From an uncultured Chloroflexia bacterium (GTDB taxonomy: Bacteria; Chloroflexota; Limnocylindria; Limnocylindrales; CSP1-4): DNA of 64,000 bases. The translations under genes and the position numbers were made by a program. The stretch lies in NCBI GenBank assembly GCA_963767165.1, contig CAVYCV010000003.1, positions 986,509-1,050,508 of the forward strand, given 5' to 3'. Shown in pieces: positions 45,492 to 55,166 of the stretch (position 1 is its first letter; the number at the start of each line of letters is the position of its first letter). The notes under the pieces were generated by a model. That model saw only the letters and a program-made list of their open reading frames with translations. It was not told the origin of the DNA and did not search any database.

Positions 45492-45949
45492 CCCGGCGCG
45501 GCATCCTCGCGTCGCTCGGCGAGCGCGACGAAATGGGGCAGGAGCGTCGCCCAGCCGCCGTGATTGCGATCGCGCCATGTCTCGCCCTCGGCCCCCAGCC
45601 GCTCCCAGCCCGCGTGCTCGATCTCGACGCGGGTCGTGCCGTCGTCGAGTGGGACGAACCGGACCTCGACGTCGGTCGCATCGGAGCGGTCGCGGTGCAG
45701 GTGCCACAGGTACGCGAAACGCGCGGGTGGCTCCCAGACCGTGACCTCTCCCCAGTCGTGCTCGACGCCTGACGCGGTCCGCTCGAAGATCCGACCTCCA
45801 GGCCGACCCTCGAGCACGACCGTCAGGTCGTCCGCCCCGGTCACCGTGTGGTCGGCCGGCCACCAACGGTCGATCCGGCCGGTCCACGTCGCGAAGGCGT
45901 GGTCGGGCGGGCAATCGACCTCGAACGACAGCCGGATCGGCTCGATCAC
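45488..45949 (-). CDS. SRPBCC/AHSA1-like domain protein
   Basis: 153-aa intact ORF, 'FEVDCPPDHAFATWTGRIDRWWP'. This is the second ArsR-AHSA1 pair in the window. Confidence 0.8.
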   Translation of the reverse strand: MIEPIRLSFEVDCPPDHAFATWTGRIDRWWPADHTVTGADDLTVVLEGRPGGRIFERTASGVEHDWGEVTVWEPPARFAYLWHLHRDRSDATDVEVRFVPLDDGTTRVEIEHAGWERLGAEGETWRDRNHGGWATLLPHFVALAERREDAAPG

Positions 45950-46302
45950 CGCTTGGCGGGCTCCATCCGCTCAGCCGGGGGCGTGTTCTCGGCCACGAGC
46001 CGGAATCGGGCGGCAGCCTCGCCCCAGACCCGCTCGAGGTAGGCGCGGACCGCCTCCACGCCCTCGTCATGCAGGCGATAGATCCGCCGGGTGCCGCGCG
46101 GCTCCTCGACGACCAGGCCGGCGTCCTTCAGGAGACGCAGGTGGCGCGAGACGGCCGGGCGGCTGATCGGCAGCGCGTCGGCCAGTTGCTGGACGGACCG
46201 GCCGCCGGAGCCGAGCAGCTCCACGATCGCCCGCCGATTCGGATCGCCGAGGGCCTCGAACGCGTCTCCCGGATGGGCGGGTCGCGGGGTCCCGGGCGAC
46301 AT
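45946..46302 (-). CDS. ArsR/SmtB family transcriptional regulator
   Basis: 'LGDPNRRAIVELLGSGGRSVQQLADALPISRPAVSRHLRLLKDAGLV'. It overlaps the downstream AHSA1 gene by 4 nt. Confidence 0.85.
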   Translation of the reverse strand: MSPGTPRPAHPGDAFEALGDPNRRAIVELLGSGGRSVQQLADALPISRPAVSRHLRLLKDAGLVVEEPRGTRRIYRLHDEGVEAVRAYLERVWGEAAARFRLVAENTPPAERMEPAKR

Positions 46303-46712
46303 CAGCGGGCGCGCATCCGATTGTTCTTCGCGTCGTGGGTCAGTTCGGCGAGTCCGAGCGCCTCGAGCAGCGGCGGCATGTACACCCCGAACCGTCCGCG
46401 CAGGCCCTTCTTCATCCCGTACCAGCCGCCGACGGGGTTGCTGTCCGACCGACCCCAGGCCTCGACCGTCCCGTCTGGTGCCGGCTTCTGCTCGTCGGCG
46501 CCGCCGAGCGACATCCAGTCACCGTGGGCCTTGAGCATCGCGTGCAGGTCCTCGACGGCCCGCCACTGGTACTTCAGCTGGGTCGAGCCCACCTGGCAGT
46601 ACAGCGTCGGGGGGTCGGCGGACTCATCGCGCCACATCTGGTAGTCGGACGTACCCGGCGGGGTCTTGAGGACCCACGGGTCGTCCTTGGTGCCGGTGCC
46701 GGTCGCGGCCAT
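46302..46712 (-). CDS. hypothetical protein (136 aa), first gene of the ArsR-AHSA1 operon
   Basis: Intact ORF whose stop overlaps the ArsR start. No family recognised. Confidence 0.45.
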   Translation of the reverse strand: MAATGTGTKDDPWVLKTPPGTSDYQMWRDESADPPTLYCQVGSTQLKYQWRAVEDLHAMLKAHGDWMSLGGADEQKPAPDGTVEAWGRSDSNPVGGWYGMKKGLRGRFGVYMPPLLEALGLAELTHDAKNNRMRAR

Positions 46713-46835
46713 CGCTCACTCCTCCTCCGCGTCGCTCCCGAGTCGTGCTCGGTAACAGGATGGCTACGGTAACAGCCGCGTCACCGAGGCGCAACGGCCG
46801 CACTCGATGCATCATGCTTACCGAACGGAGGACCA

Positions 46836-47102
46836 ATGAGCGGTTGTCAGCACCTGGACATGATCCGTGACGTGGCCCCGTCCTCGACGGCCGGCTGCGA
46901 GGACTGCCTGCGCATCGGCAGCATATGGGTCCACCTGCGCATGTGCCTGACCTGCGGGTACGTCGGCTGTTGCAATTCCTCGCCGAACCGGCACGCCTCC
47001 GCGCACGCCCGGACAGTCGCCCACCCGCTCGTCCGATCTTTGGAGCCCGGCGAGGACTGGGCCTGGTGCTATATCGACGAGCTGGTCCTCGAGCCCGTAT
47101 GA
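46836..47102 (+). CDS. UBP-type zinc finger (zf-UBP) domain protein
   Basis: 'CQHLD...CEDCL....WVHLRMCLTCGYVGCCNSSPNRHASAHA' has the Cys/His spacing of zf-UBP. Confidence 0.7.
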   Translation: MSGCQHLDMIRDVAPSSTAGCEDCLRIGSIWVHLRMCLTCGYVGCCNSSPNRHASAHARTVAHPLVRSLEPGEDWAWCYIDELVLEPV

Positions 47103-47608
47103 CCGACGTGTCCCAGCCCCGACCGATGCACCCGGGCGAGCCGATCCCGGCCGGCATGCCGTTCGCCGAAGCCGTGGAGGCCGAGCGCGTCGGCTGGTAC
47201 GAGGTCGTGGAGCTGGTCCGGTCCGTGACGCCGAGCGAGTGCCTGGTGCCGGGCTACTACGAGGACCCCGACTGGACGATCCGCGACATGGTCGCGCACG
47301 TCGGCACGTGGCTCGCCGAGGCCGCGACGCAGTTCCAGCGCCTGAGCGCCGGCACGTACGAGGGCCACGACATCGACATCGAGGCGACTAACGCCGCGCT
47401 GCTCGCGGGGATGGCCGGCCAGCCCTGGTCGGTCGCGTGGACCCAGGCCAACGCCGGTCGGACCCGGATGATCGATGAGTGGTACAGGCTCACAGAACGG
47501 ACAGACGAAGCCGCCTGGTGGATCCGCAAGTCCGGGCCGGAGCACTACGGAGAGCATCTGCCCAGGCTTGCCGAGTGGGTCGCGGAGCTGCGTCGCCGAC
47601 GAGCCTGA
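47099..47608 (+). CDS. DinB/mycothiol-dependent maleylpyruvate-isomerase N-terminal domain-like protein
   Basis: The start overlaps the zf-UBP stop (ATGA). 'TIRDMVAHVGTWLAEAA' is a DinB_2/MDMPI_N-like helix with a His. Moderate-confidence recall. Confidence 0.55.
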   Translation: MTDVSQPRPMHPGEPIPAGMPFAEAVEAERVGWYEVVELVRSVTPSECLVPGYYEDPDWTIRDMVAHVGTWLAEAATQFQRLSAGTYEGHDIDIEATNAALLAGMAGQPWSVAWTQANAGRTRMIDEWYRLTERTDEAAWWIRKSGPEHYGEHLPRLAEWVAELRRRRA

Positions 47609-47744
47609 CCCGACGCGCGGCCCGATGTCGCCCTCGGTCGTCGCACATCGATCGGGATGACCGTCCCAGGGGGGCGCGTTCGACTGGGGCATCATTGCCG
47701 GCGTCGACCGGCCGCCCCACGACCCCTCAGGAGACCCAGACCCC

Positions 47745-48314
47745 GTGCTCGCACAGCCCGTGCTCTCCTTCAACCCGATCGCCGTCGCGGGCACGATCCT
47801 CGAGCTGATCGGCAACACCCCGCTCCTGATCCCGGGCGTGGCCATCGCGATCATCGTCGGTGTCGGTCTGGCCCCGGCGGTGGCGGCACGGACCGGTCTC
47901 TCGACGTTGCTCGCCGGGATGCTCGTGTTCGCCGTCGGGGCGATCCTCGCCATCACGTTGACCCCCGGCAGTGGCGCCGGGTTCTTCGGCCGCTCGTGGT
48001 GTGGCGGCCTCTTCCCGACGCCCCGCCTCGGACAGCTGGTGTCGCTCTCGAGCGAGCACGGTCTGAACGTGGTCCTGTTCGTCCCGCTCGGCATCCTCAT
48101 CGGGCTGATCCCGCGGGCGCGGCCGTTCGCCATCGCCGCCGTGGGCGCACTCGCGATGCCGATCGTCATCGAATGGATCCAGTACAGCGTCCCGCGACTC
48201 GATCGGATCTGCCAGACCTGGGACGCGCTGGAGAACCTGATCGGGCTGGCGATCGGCATCGGCCTGGGCGTGGCCATCGCGTTCGGTCGTCGGTCGGTCC
48301 GGCGGGCAGGATGA
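47745..48314 (+). CDS. VanZ family membrane protein
   Basis: 189 aa with four TM helices. 'HGLNVVLFVPLGILIG' and 'EWIQYSVPRL' resemble VanZ-like motifs. Confidence 0.7.
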   Translation: MLAQPVLSFNPIAVAGTILELIGNTPLLIPGVAIAIIVGVGLAPAVAARTGLSTLLAGMLVFAVGAILAITLTPGSGAGFFGRSWCGGLFPTPRLGQLVSLSSEHGLNVVLFVPLGILIGLIPRARPFAIAAVGALAMPIVIEWIQYSVPRLDRICQTWDALENLIGLAIGIGLGVAIAFGRRSVRRAG

Positions 48315-48603
48315 GGCGCGCACAGGCCAGGGACGGCAACGATCCCCGGCACGAAAGGGCGTTGCGGCCTTCGCGCCGAGGATCTGGTGGTTACCGTCGC
48401 CCGTGGGGTCCCAGCGGTCAATGGGCCGAAGGTCGGCATTCGGGCCAGTACGCAGCCGGGCGCCCGCACAGCCGCCGATGCTCCCCATCGAATTCCGGTG
48501 CGTCCGCGCAGCGTGGTCCGGTGCGGGTCATTGCGTGCCCCACCGGCGGCGCGTACCGTCAGGAGCGCCGTCGCACACCCAGCGCCGACGTAGACGTCGC
48601 ACC

Positions 48604-50514
48604 ATGCCGTTCTTCGCCGATCGGCTCGAGGAGTCCCACCCCGTGACCACCCACCCGCGCCGGCTCACCGCCTTCCTCCTTGCCCTTGCGTTGGGTCTGG
48701 TCGCCACCCTCCCGGTCGCCGCTGCGGCTCCGCGGGTCCGCGCGGCCGATGCCGCCGCGCCCGGTGGGCGCTTCATCGTGGCGTGGCGTGGCGTGGCCCC
48801 GGACCGCGTGTCGATCTCAGGCGTCAGGCGGACCGACTCCGCGTCCGCCGGCCAGCGCAGCATCGTCGTCGCGAAGAAGGGTGAGGCGGGCAAGGTCGGC
48901 GCGGCCCTTCGCGCAGACCCGCGGGTCCTCTTCGTCGTGCCCGACGCGGTCGTCAAGGCGTCCGCCTGGCCCGCCGATGGCGCCCCGTCAGATCCCCTGT
49001 ACGCAGACCAGGAGGACCTCGAGCAGGTTCGGGTCCCGGAAGTCTGGCCGACGACCATCGGCGACCCGGGCGTCGTCGTCGCCGTGCTCGACTCGGGCGT
49101 GGACCTGGCCCATCCGGATCTCGCGGGCGTGAACGTCGTCGCGCCGCGGAACGAGATGTGGAACAACACCGACGTCACCGACGACAACGGCCACGGCACG
49201 CACGTTGCCGGCACGATCGTCGCGCAGACCGACAACGCGACGGGCATCGCGGGCATCGCCCCCGGCGCCTCGCTGATGCCGGTCAAGGTGCTCGACGAGT
49301 CCGGCATGGGCTTCTTCTCGGACATCCTCGATGGCGTGGACTGGGCTCGCACGCACGGCGCCGACATCATCAACCTCTCGCTCGGCGGCATCCTCGAGCC
49401 GGCCCAGGTGGCCTTGATCCAGCCCACGTTCACCGCGGCGCGAGCCGCCGGGATCCTAGTCGTGGCCGCCTCGGGCAACAGCGGGTCGCCGATCATGGAA
49501 TACCCGGCCGGCCTGCACGGCGTCGTGTCCGTGGCCGCCGTCGACGCGACCGACATCCAGGCCGACTTCTCGACCTTCAACCGCGGCGTCGACATCGCGG
49601 CGCCCGGCGTGGACATCCTCTCGACCACCGCGGGCGAATACGAGGAGGAGAGCGGCACGAGCATGGCCTCGCCGCACGTCGCGGGCATCGCAGCCCTGAT
49701 CTGGTCGGCGCGACCGGGCCTGGGCGTCACCGAGCTCGAAGCGGTCCTTCGGGCGAGCGCCGTGGACCTCGGGGACCCCGGGCGCGACAACGTCTACGGC
49801 TCGGGTCGCGTGGATGCCGAGGCGGCCCTCGCAGAGGCTGTCCCGAGCCCGCTGCCCGACCTCGAGCCTGCGCCAGGCTTCACCGATCCCCTGACGATCA
49901 CGTTCAGCGCGCCGGCGAGTTCAAGGACGCAGACCTCGAGGACGGTCAATGTGGCGTTCACGACCAGCCATGCCGTGATCGACGGGATCGTCCTGCGTCT
50001 GTCATGGCGGCTCGACAACGGCCACTGCCCGAATCCCGAGTTCGAGCCGTACGACGACGTCGTCCTGCTTGACTTCACGAGTCCCATCCACGAGACGGGT
50101 CTTCGGGCCGGTTTCTGCTACCGCTGGGACGCCCTCGCGATCGACGAGGAGGCCCAGCTCGCAGAGACCCTCAGCCAGCGGGTCTCGATCGTCGACCACA
50201 TCCGCCCGGCCATCAAGGCGCGGAGCCCGAGGCCGGGCGCGACAGGCGTCTCGACGCATGTCTCGGTCAAGGTCGTCTTCTCCGAGTCGGTCAGGGGTGT
50301 ATCGGGATCGACGCTTCGGCTCAAGAACCTGACCACCGGTCTCTGGGTGCGGGCGAAGGTCACGTACAACGCCTCGAAGCGGACGGCCACGATCGACCCC
50401 ACCAAGTCGATGTTCCACGGTCGCCGCTATGCCGTCGTCGTGGTCCGCGGCATCCGGGACCCGTCGGGCAACCGACTAAGCCCGACGACCTGGTCGTTCC
50501 GAACCAGCCGCTGA
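48604..50514 (+). CDS. secreted S8 family subtilisin-like serine peptidase with C-terminal Ig-like (SbsA-type) domains
   Basis: Start 'MPFFADRL...' with signal peptide. Catalytic triad motifs 'VAVLDSGVD', 'HGTHVAGTI' and 'GTSMASPHVAG' are present. The ORF formally opens at 48403. Confidence 0.85.
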   Translation: MPFFADRLEESHPVTTHPRRLTAFLLALALGLVATLPVAAAAPRVRAADAAAPGGRFIVAWRGVAPDRVSISGVRRTDSASAGQRSIVVAKKGEAGKVGAALRADPRVLFVVPDAVVKASAWPADGAPSDPLYADQEDLEQVRVPEVWPTTIGDPGVVVAVLDSGVDLAHPDLAGVNVVAPRNEMWNNTDVTDDNGHGTHVAGTIVAQTDNATGIAGIAPGASLMPVKVLDESGMGFFSDILDGVDWARTHGADIINLSLGGILEPAQVALIQPTFTAARAAGILVVAASGNSGSPIMEYPAGLHGVVSVAAVDATDIQADFSTFNRGVDIAAPGVDILSTTAGEYEEESGTSMASPHVAGIAALIWSARPGLGVTELEAVLRASAVDLGDPGRDNVYGSGRVDAEAALAEAVPSPLPDLEPAPGFTDPLTITFSAPASSRTQTSRTVNVAFTTSHAVIDGIVLRLSWRLDNGHCPNPEFEPYDDVVLLDFTSPIHETGLRAGFCYRWDALAIDEEAQLAETLSQRVSIVDHIRPAIKARSPRPGATGVSTHVSVKVVFSESVRGVSGSTLRLKNLTTGLWVRAKVTYNASKRTATIDPTKSMFHGRRYAVVVVRGIRDPSGNRLSPTTWSFRTSR

Positions 50515-50538
50515 CCGACCGGGTCGGCGCGGCGCGCG

Positions 50539-51891
50539 TCAGGCCGGGTTCTCGACCGCCGCATCCTGACCGCGCCCGGCGCCCGTCGGCGCGGGATGGC
50601 GGCCGGCACGAAGGGCCTCCTGCGACAGGTCGAACGCGCCACGCAGGTCGCCCTGCTCGGCCTTGATCTCGGCCCATTCGCCAAGCACGGCCTGGAGCTG
50701 ACCCCGACGGCCCTGCGATCGCGCGACCCCGGCGGTCTCCTCGAGGATCGCCGACGCCTCGTCGAGGTCGCCCTGGGCGCGCCGCGCCTGCGCGAACGTC
50801 AGTGACGCACTGATCGCGGCCTTGCGGTTGCCGCTCTGCTCGGCCAGTCGGCGCGCCTCGAGCGCCCGGGCGGCGGCCGCGTCGCCCGCACCGCGTGCGA
50901 GGTCCACGCGGGCTTCGGTGTCGATGACGTGGGCGAGGGAGCGGTCGCTCCCGAGCCGTTCGAACCCGACGCGCGCGGCCGCGACGTGCTCTGCAGCCCG
51001 ATCGACCTGACCGAGGGCGAGGAACACCAGCGCAAGCTCGTTCTCGATCGAGGCGACCTCGCGTTCGGCATCGGCCGCGCGGAAATGGGTCAGGCTCTGC
51101 GAGCCGGTCGTCAGGGCGGCCTCGAGGTCGCCGAGCTCGTGGTAGCTCATCGCCAGCGAGAACAGGAACGTGGCGCGACGGCGGTCGTCGAGCAGGCCGA
51201 CCATCGCCCGGGCCTGCTCGAGGTAGCCGAGCGCGCGTTCCGGCTGGTCGTCGCGCGAATCGATGGTCGCGAGCGCGATGAGGATCCGCAGGCGAAGCTC
51301 GGAATCGACGTTCAGGCCCTGGGCGATCTCGTCGAGCACGCGGAGGAGGAGCTCGCGGGCGCCGTCGCCCAGTTCGAGCTCGTGCAGCGCGCTCGCCTCC
51401 CAGTACGTCGCCCACGCGGCGTCGGCGTGGCGGCCCTGCCGGCGGAACAGCTCGGCTGCCTCGGAGGCGACGCGGATGGCCTCGGCGCCCTGCTCGAGAC
51501 GGCAATAGCCCTCGGCGAGCGCCCGCAGGAGCTCCGGCCGGACGGAGTCGGACGGGCCGTCGTCCAGCAAGGCCGTGAAGGCGTCGACCGCCCGCTGCCA
51601 CTCGCCACTGGCGAGGTGCACATCGGCCTCGAGCCTCGTCCAGGCCGGCTCGTCTGCCGCGAGCAGCCTCGTCACCGGGACCCCCAGTCGACCGGCGAGG
51701 AAGTTGAGCGCGGCCAGCGATGGCTTCGCGAGGCCGTTCTCGAGGGCGCTCACGTACGCCTTCGTGTACCGGCCCTCGGCCAGCTGCGATTGGGTCATGT
51801 TCGAGCGAAGGCGCTCAGACCGGATGACCGCCCCGATTCGGCGGGCGAGTGGACGATCCGCGGCGGCGTGGGAGCGGGTGACTCGTGGCAT
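50539..51891 (-). CDS. XRE-family HTH transcriptional regulator with C-terminal TPR-like repeat domain
   Basis: 450-aa intact ORF. The N-terminal HTH is 'IRSERLRSNMTQSQLAEGRYTKAYVSALENGLAKPSLAALNFLAGRLGV'. The remainder consists of Ala/Leu-rich helical repeats typical of TPR. Confidence 0.75.
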   Translation of the reverse strand: MPRVTRSHAAADRPLARRIGAVIRSERLRSNMTQSQLAEGRYTKAYVSALENGLAKPSLAALNFLAGRLGVPVTRLLAADEPAWTRLEADVHLASGEWQRAVDAFTALLDDGPSDSVRPELLRALAEGYCRLEQGAEAIRVASEAAELFRRQGRHADAAWATYWEASALHELELGDGARELLLRVLDEIAQGLNVDSELRLRILIALATIDSRDDQPERALGYLEQARAMVGLLDDRRRATFLFSLAMSYHELGDLEAALTTGSQSLTHFRAADAEREVASIENELALVFLALGQVDRAAEHVAAARVGFERLGSDRSLAHVIDTEARVDLARGAGDAAAARALEARRLAEQSGNRKAAISASLTFAQARRAQGDLDEASAILEETAGVARSQGRRGQLQAVLGEWAEIKAEQGDLRGAFDLSQEALRAGRHPAPTGAGRGQDAAVENPA

Positions 51892-52170
51892 GTGCGTCAG
51901 TGTACTCCCCGGTCCAACACCGGTTGACAGCGAGCAGCAGCACCGCCGGCGAGGTCTGGAGGCGGTCCGCGATCAAGCCGAGGCTCGGCAGGGAGGGAAC
52001 TACCCGGCCGTGCTCGATGAGCGACACGAAGGACTTGCTCAGGGGGTCGGCCAGTTGGACCTGGCTCAATCCGAGCTCGATCCGGCGGCGGCGGATCTCG
52101 GCGCCGAGGAGGCACGCGAAGTCGGAATCCGGGCCGAAAGCGCGATGTTTAGCAATAGTTGACGACCGCA
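51815..52170 (-). CDS. small XRE-family HTH protein (118 aa)
   Basis: 'LLGAEIRRRRIELGLSQVQLADPLSKSFVSLIEHGRVVPSLPSLGLIADRL' is a Cro/C1-type HTH. Its 3' end overlaps the start of the TPR-XRE gene by ~75 nt. Confidence 0.45.
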
Positions 52171-52236
52171 TGACAGGGAGCCTAGCATGTCGGTGGGTGA
52201 AGCCAGCACGCGGCGTGCGACGGGAAGGAGTTCCCG

Positions 52237-52362
52237 ATGACCCGTTCACGAGCTGCTCGACTTCGCACGGTCGTCTTCGCCAGCGCGACGGCCCTGATCG
52301 CCCTGGCCGCGATGGCCTCCACCGTCTTTGCCGATAGCACGGGAGGTTGGTTTCCCAAGTAG
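52237..52362 (+). CDS. 41-codon ORF encoding a Sec-type signal peptide followed by a 9-residue C-terminal peptide (MTRSRAARLRTVVFASATALIALAAMASTVFA|DSTGGWFPK); candidate exported signalling pro-peptide
   Basis: ATG at 52237 is preceded by GGAAGGAG at optimal spacing. The product has n-h-c signal peptide architecture with an AxA-like site and ends in TAG at 52360. It is divergent from, and 67 bp away from, the XRE genes. It is below the 60-aa cutoff of the supplied ORF track. Confidence 0.35.
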   Translation: MTRSRAARLRTVVFASATALIALAAMASTVFADSTGGWFPK

Positions 52363-52461
52363 CCCATCCACCGCCTCAGACACTCGTCGTCCTGAGTTAG
52401 CGTCACGCGCCGCAGGCTTCGCCCAACCCCCAGAACGTGCGCGCAGACCCTGGACCGGGGA

Positions 52462-54162
52462 TCAACTGCCGCCGGAGAGGGCTCCAAGGCGCTCCGTGAG
52501 GCGCAGGTTCTCCCGATAGTCGATCGGGACCTCGACCAGCGCCGGGCCGGGATGTTCGATGGCCCGCATGAGCGTCGGGTAGAGCTCAGCCGCCGACGAA
52601 GGCCGGTACGCCGCCATCCCGAATGACTGCGCGTAGGCGATGAAGTCCGGGTTCGTGAACGCCACGCCGAACGGCCGCTCGAACTCGCTCTGCTGCTTCC
52701 AGTCGATCAGCCCGTAGCCGTCATCGCGCCACACGACCACCGTGATGTCGGCGCCGATCCGCCGGGCCGTCTCGAGCTCCTGGCTGTTCATCAGGAACCC
52801 GCCGTCCCCACACAATGCGATGGCATGCCGGTCCGGGTGGACGAGCTTGGCCGCGATCGCGCCGGGCAGCGAGATGCCCATCGCCGCGAACCCGTTCGAG
52901 ATGATGACCGTGTTGGGTTCGTACGCCTGGTAGAGGCGGGCCACCCAGATCTTGTGCGCACCGACGTCGCTCACGACGATGTCGGTCGGGCCGAGCGCTC
53001 GCCGGAGGTCAGCGATGGCCTTCTGGGGCTTGATCGGCCAGCCGTCATCCTGGTCGTAGGCACCCAGGTCGGCGAGCAGGGCGGTCCGCAGGTCCTGGTG
53101 CACGAGGGTCTCGCGCGTCGCATGGCGCTCGCTCGCGTTGCGACCCCCGATGCCCTGCGGCAGCAGGGCCGCGAGCAGTCGGTGGAGGGTCCCGTCGATG
53201 TCGCCGACGAGCTCGACCTCGGGCTGGTACGCGGCGTCAACATCGGCGGGTTGCGTGTCGATGTGGACGATCCGCTTGCGGCCGTCGGGGTTCCAGCGCG
53301 ACGGCGCGTATTCGACGAGGTCATATCCGACGCAGACGACGAGATCCGACCGATCGAACCCGGACAACACGTGGTCGCGGGCCTGCAGTCCGACCGCCAT
53401 CAGCGAGAGATGGCTCCGGTCGTCGATCGCGCCCTTGCCCATGAACGTGACCGCGACCGGCACGTGGAGGCCCTTCGCGAATGCCCGAAGCGCATCCGAC
53501 GCGCTCCGCCGGAGCACGCCGTTGCCGGCGAGGACGAGCGGTCTCGCCGAGCCCGCGATGAGCCCCGCGGCATGGGCGATCGCCTCATCCGTGGGCTCCG
53601 GCAGGTACGCGCGGGTCGGCATGATGGGTCGGAGGTCGTCGGGGATCGGCGTCGCGGCGAGGTTCTCCGGCAGCTCGATGTGCGTGGGACCGGGCTTCTC
53701 GAGCTGCGCCAGCCGGAACGCCTTGCGCGCGATCTCGGGCAGCGCCTCCACCTGCTCGACCCGTTGGTTCCACTTCGTGACGGGCTCGAGCATGCGGACG
53801 ATGTCGACGAACTGGTGGGCCTCGCGGTGGACCTTGTCGAGACCGGTCTGGCCGGTGATCGCGACCATCGGGGCGTGGTCGAGGAACGCGTCGGCGATGC
53901 CCGTCACGAGGTTCGACGCGCCTGGCCCGAGGGTCGCCATCGCGACGGCGGCGCGCCCGGTGAGCCGGCCGTACACGTCCGCCATGAATGCCGCGCCCTG
54001 CTCGTGGCGCGTGGTGATGTGGCGCACGACGTCCTGCCGGCTCAGGGCGTCGAGGATGTCGAGGGTCTCCTCGCCCGGGACGGAGAAGACATACGCGCAG
54101 CCCTCGGCGGCGAGCGACTCGACGAGCAGGGAGGCGGCGGTCCGGACCGGCGTGGTGCCCAT
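52462..54162 (-). CDS. thiamine pyrophosphate-dependent enzyme (acetolactate synthase large subunit / benzoylformate decarboxylase family)
   Basis: Start 'MGTTPVRTAAS'. TPP-binding motif 'GDGGFLMNSQELETA' and the N-terminal Pyr domain 'FSVPGEETLDILDAL' are present. The ORF formally opens at 54384. Confidence 0.8.
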   Translation of the reverse strand: MGTTPVRTAASLLVESLAAEGCAYVFSVPGEETLDILDALSRQDVVRHITTRHEQGAAFMADVYGRLTGRAAVAMATLGPGASNLVTGIADAFLDHAPMVAITGQTGLDKVHREAHQFVDIVRMLEPVTKWNQRVEQVEALPEIARKAFRLAQLEKPGPTHIELPENLAATPIPDDLRPIMPTRAYLPEPTDEAIAHAAGLIAGSARPLVLAGNGVLRRSASDALRAFAKGLHVPVAVTFMGKGAIDDRSHLSLMAVGLQARDHVLSGFDRSDLVVCVGYDLVEYAPSRWNPDGRKRIVHIDTQPADVDAAYQPEVELVGDIDGTLHRLLAALLPQGIGGRNASERHATRETLVHQDLRTALLADLGAYDQDDGWPIKPQKAIADLRRALGPTDIVVSDVGAHKIWVARLYQAYEPNTVIISNGFAAMGISLPGAIAAKLVHPDRHAIALCGDGGFLMNSQELETARRIGADITVVVWRDDGYGLIDWKQQSEFERPFGVAFTNPDFIAYAQSFGMAAYRPSSAAELYPTLMRAIEHPGPALVEVPIDYRENLRLTERLGALSGGS

Positions 54163-54181
54163 GGCTGGCGAGGCTAGCAGG

Positions 54182-55072
54182 TCAGGGGATCGCGACCGCG
54201 TTGCCTGAGACGCGGATGCCCCTCTCCCCGGCGACGATGGTGACGATGAGTCGGCTGGGTCGTCCCATCTCCACGCCCTGGGCGATCTCGAATGACCCAG
54301 GGGCGACGCTGTCGCCACGAGCCCGCAGGTACGCCCCGAGCGCCGCGGCCGCGGCGCCCGTTGCCGGATCCTCGACGACGCCACCCACCGGGAACGGATC
54401 GCGCGCCCGGAACCGATCAGGCGCCTCGCGCCACACGAGCTGGAGCGTCGTGAGGTCGTGCTCGAGCATGAGCGCCTTGAGCGTCTCGAACGGGTACTCC
54501 AGCCTGGCGAGGCGCTCGCGACGCCCGGCGGCGAGGATGAGGTGGCTCACCCCGGCGAACGCGACCGCCGGCGGCAGCTCGGGGTCGAGCTCGTCGGTCC
54601 GCCAGCCAAGGATGTCCAGCGCGCTCGCGAGGAGTGCAGGGGAGGGCTCGCGGACCCGGGGCGCGACCGATGTCAGCGTGGCCCGGATCAGCCCATCGGC
54701 GCCGGGCGTGACGCCGACCTCGACCGGCCCGCCGTTGGTCTCGAGCACGATCTCGCCGGGTCCGTCCTCGCCGGCGGGTCGTGCCATCCGCCCGAGCTCG
54801 GCGAGCGCGACGCCCGCGGCGATCGTGGCGTGGCCGCAGAACTGGACTTCGGCGAGCGGGCTGAAGTACCGGACCCGAAAGCGGCCGGCGCCACCCGATG
54901 GGTCGGGCGCGAGGAACGCCGTCTCCGAGTAGCCCACCTCTGCGGCGATCCGCTGCATCTGCGCGTCATCGGGCAGCGTCTCGCCGATCCAGACCCCGGC
55001 CGGATTGCCGCCGCCCGGGTCGGTCGTGAACGCGGCCAGGCGCATGAGCGTGCCGAGCGTCGGTTCGGACAT
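54182..55072 (-). CDS. PhzF family phenazine biosynthesis-like isomerase
   Basis: 296-aa intact ORF. The 'GGNPAGVW' start motif and 'FCGHATIAAGVAL' are characteristic of PhzF/DAP-epimerase-like proteins. Confidence 0.85.
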   Translation of the reverse strand: MSEPTLGTLMRLAAFTTDPGGGNPAGVWIGETLPDDAQMQRIAAEVGYSETAFLAPDPSGGAGRFRVRYFSPLAEVQFCGHATIAAGVALAELGRMARPAGEDGPGEIVLETNGGPVEVGVTPGADGLIRATLTSVAPRVREPSPALLASALDILGWRTDELDPELPPAVAFAGVSHLILAAGRRERLARLEYPFETLKALMLEHDLTTLQLVWREAPDRFRARDPFPVGGVVEDPATGAAAAALGAYLRARGDSVAPGSFEIAQGVEMGRPSRLIVTIVAGERGIRVSGNAVAIP

Positions 55073-55166
55073 CGATCGAGTATGCCGTGGCGACTGGTCC
55101 CGTGGCGAAGGGTCCGTTCGGCACGGGCTCGATATCGTTCCACGCCCTAGAGTTGCCGCCGGATGG

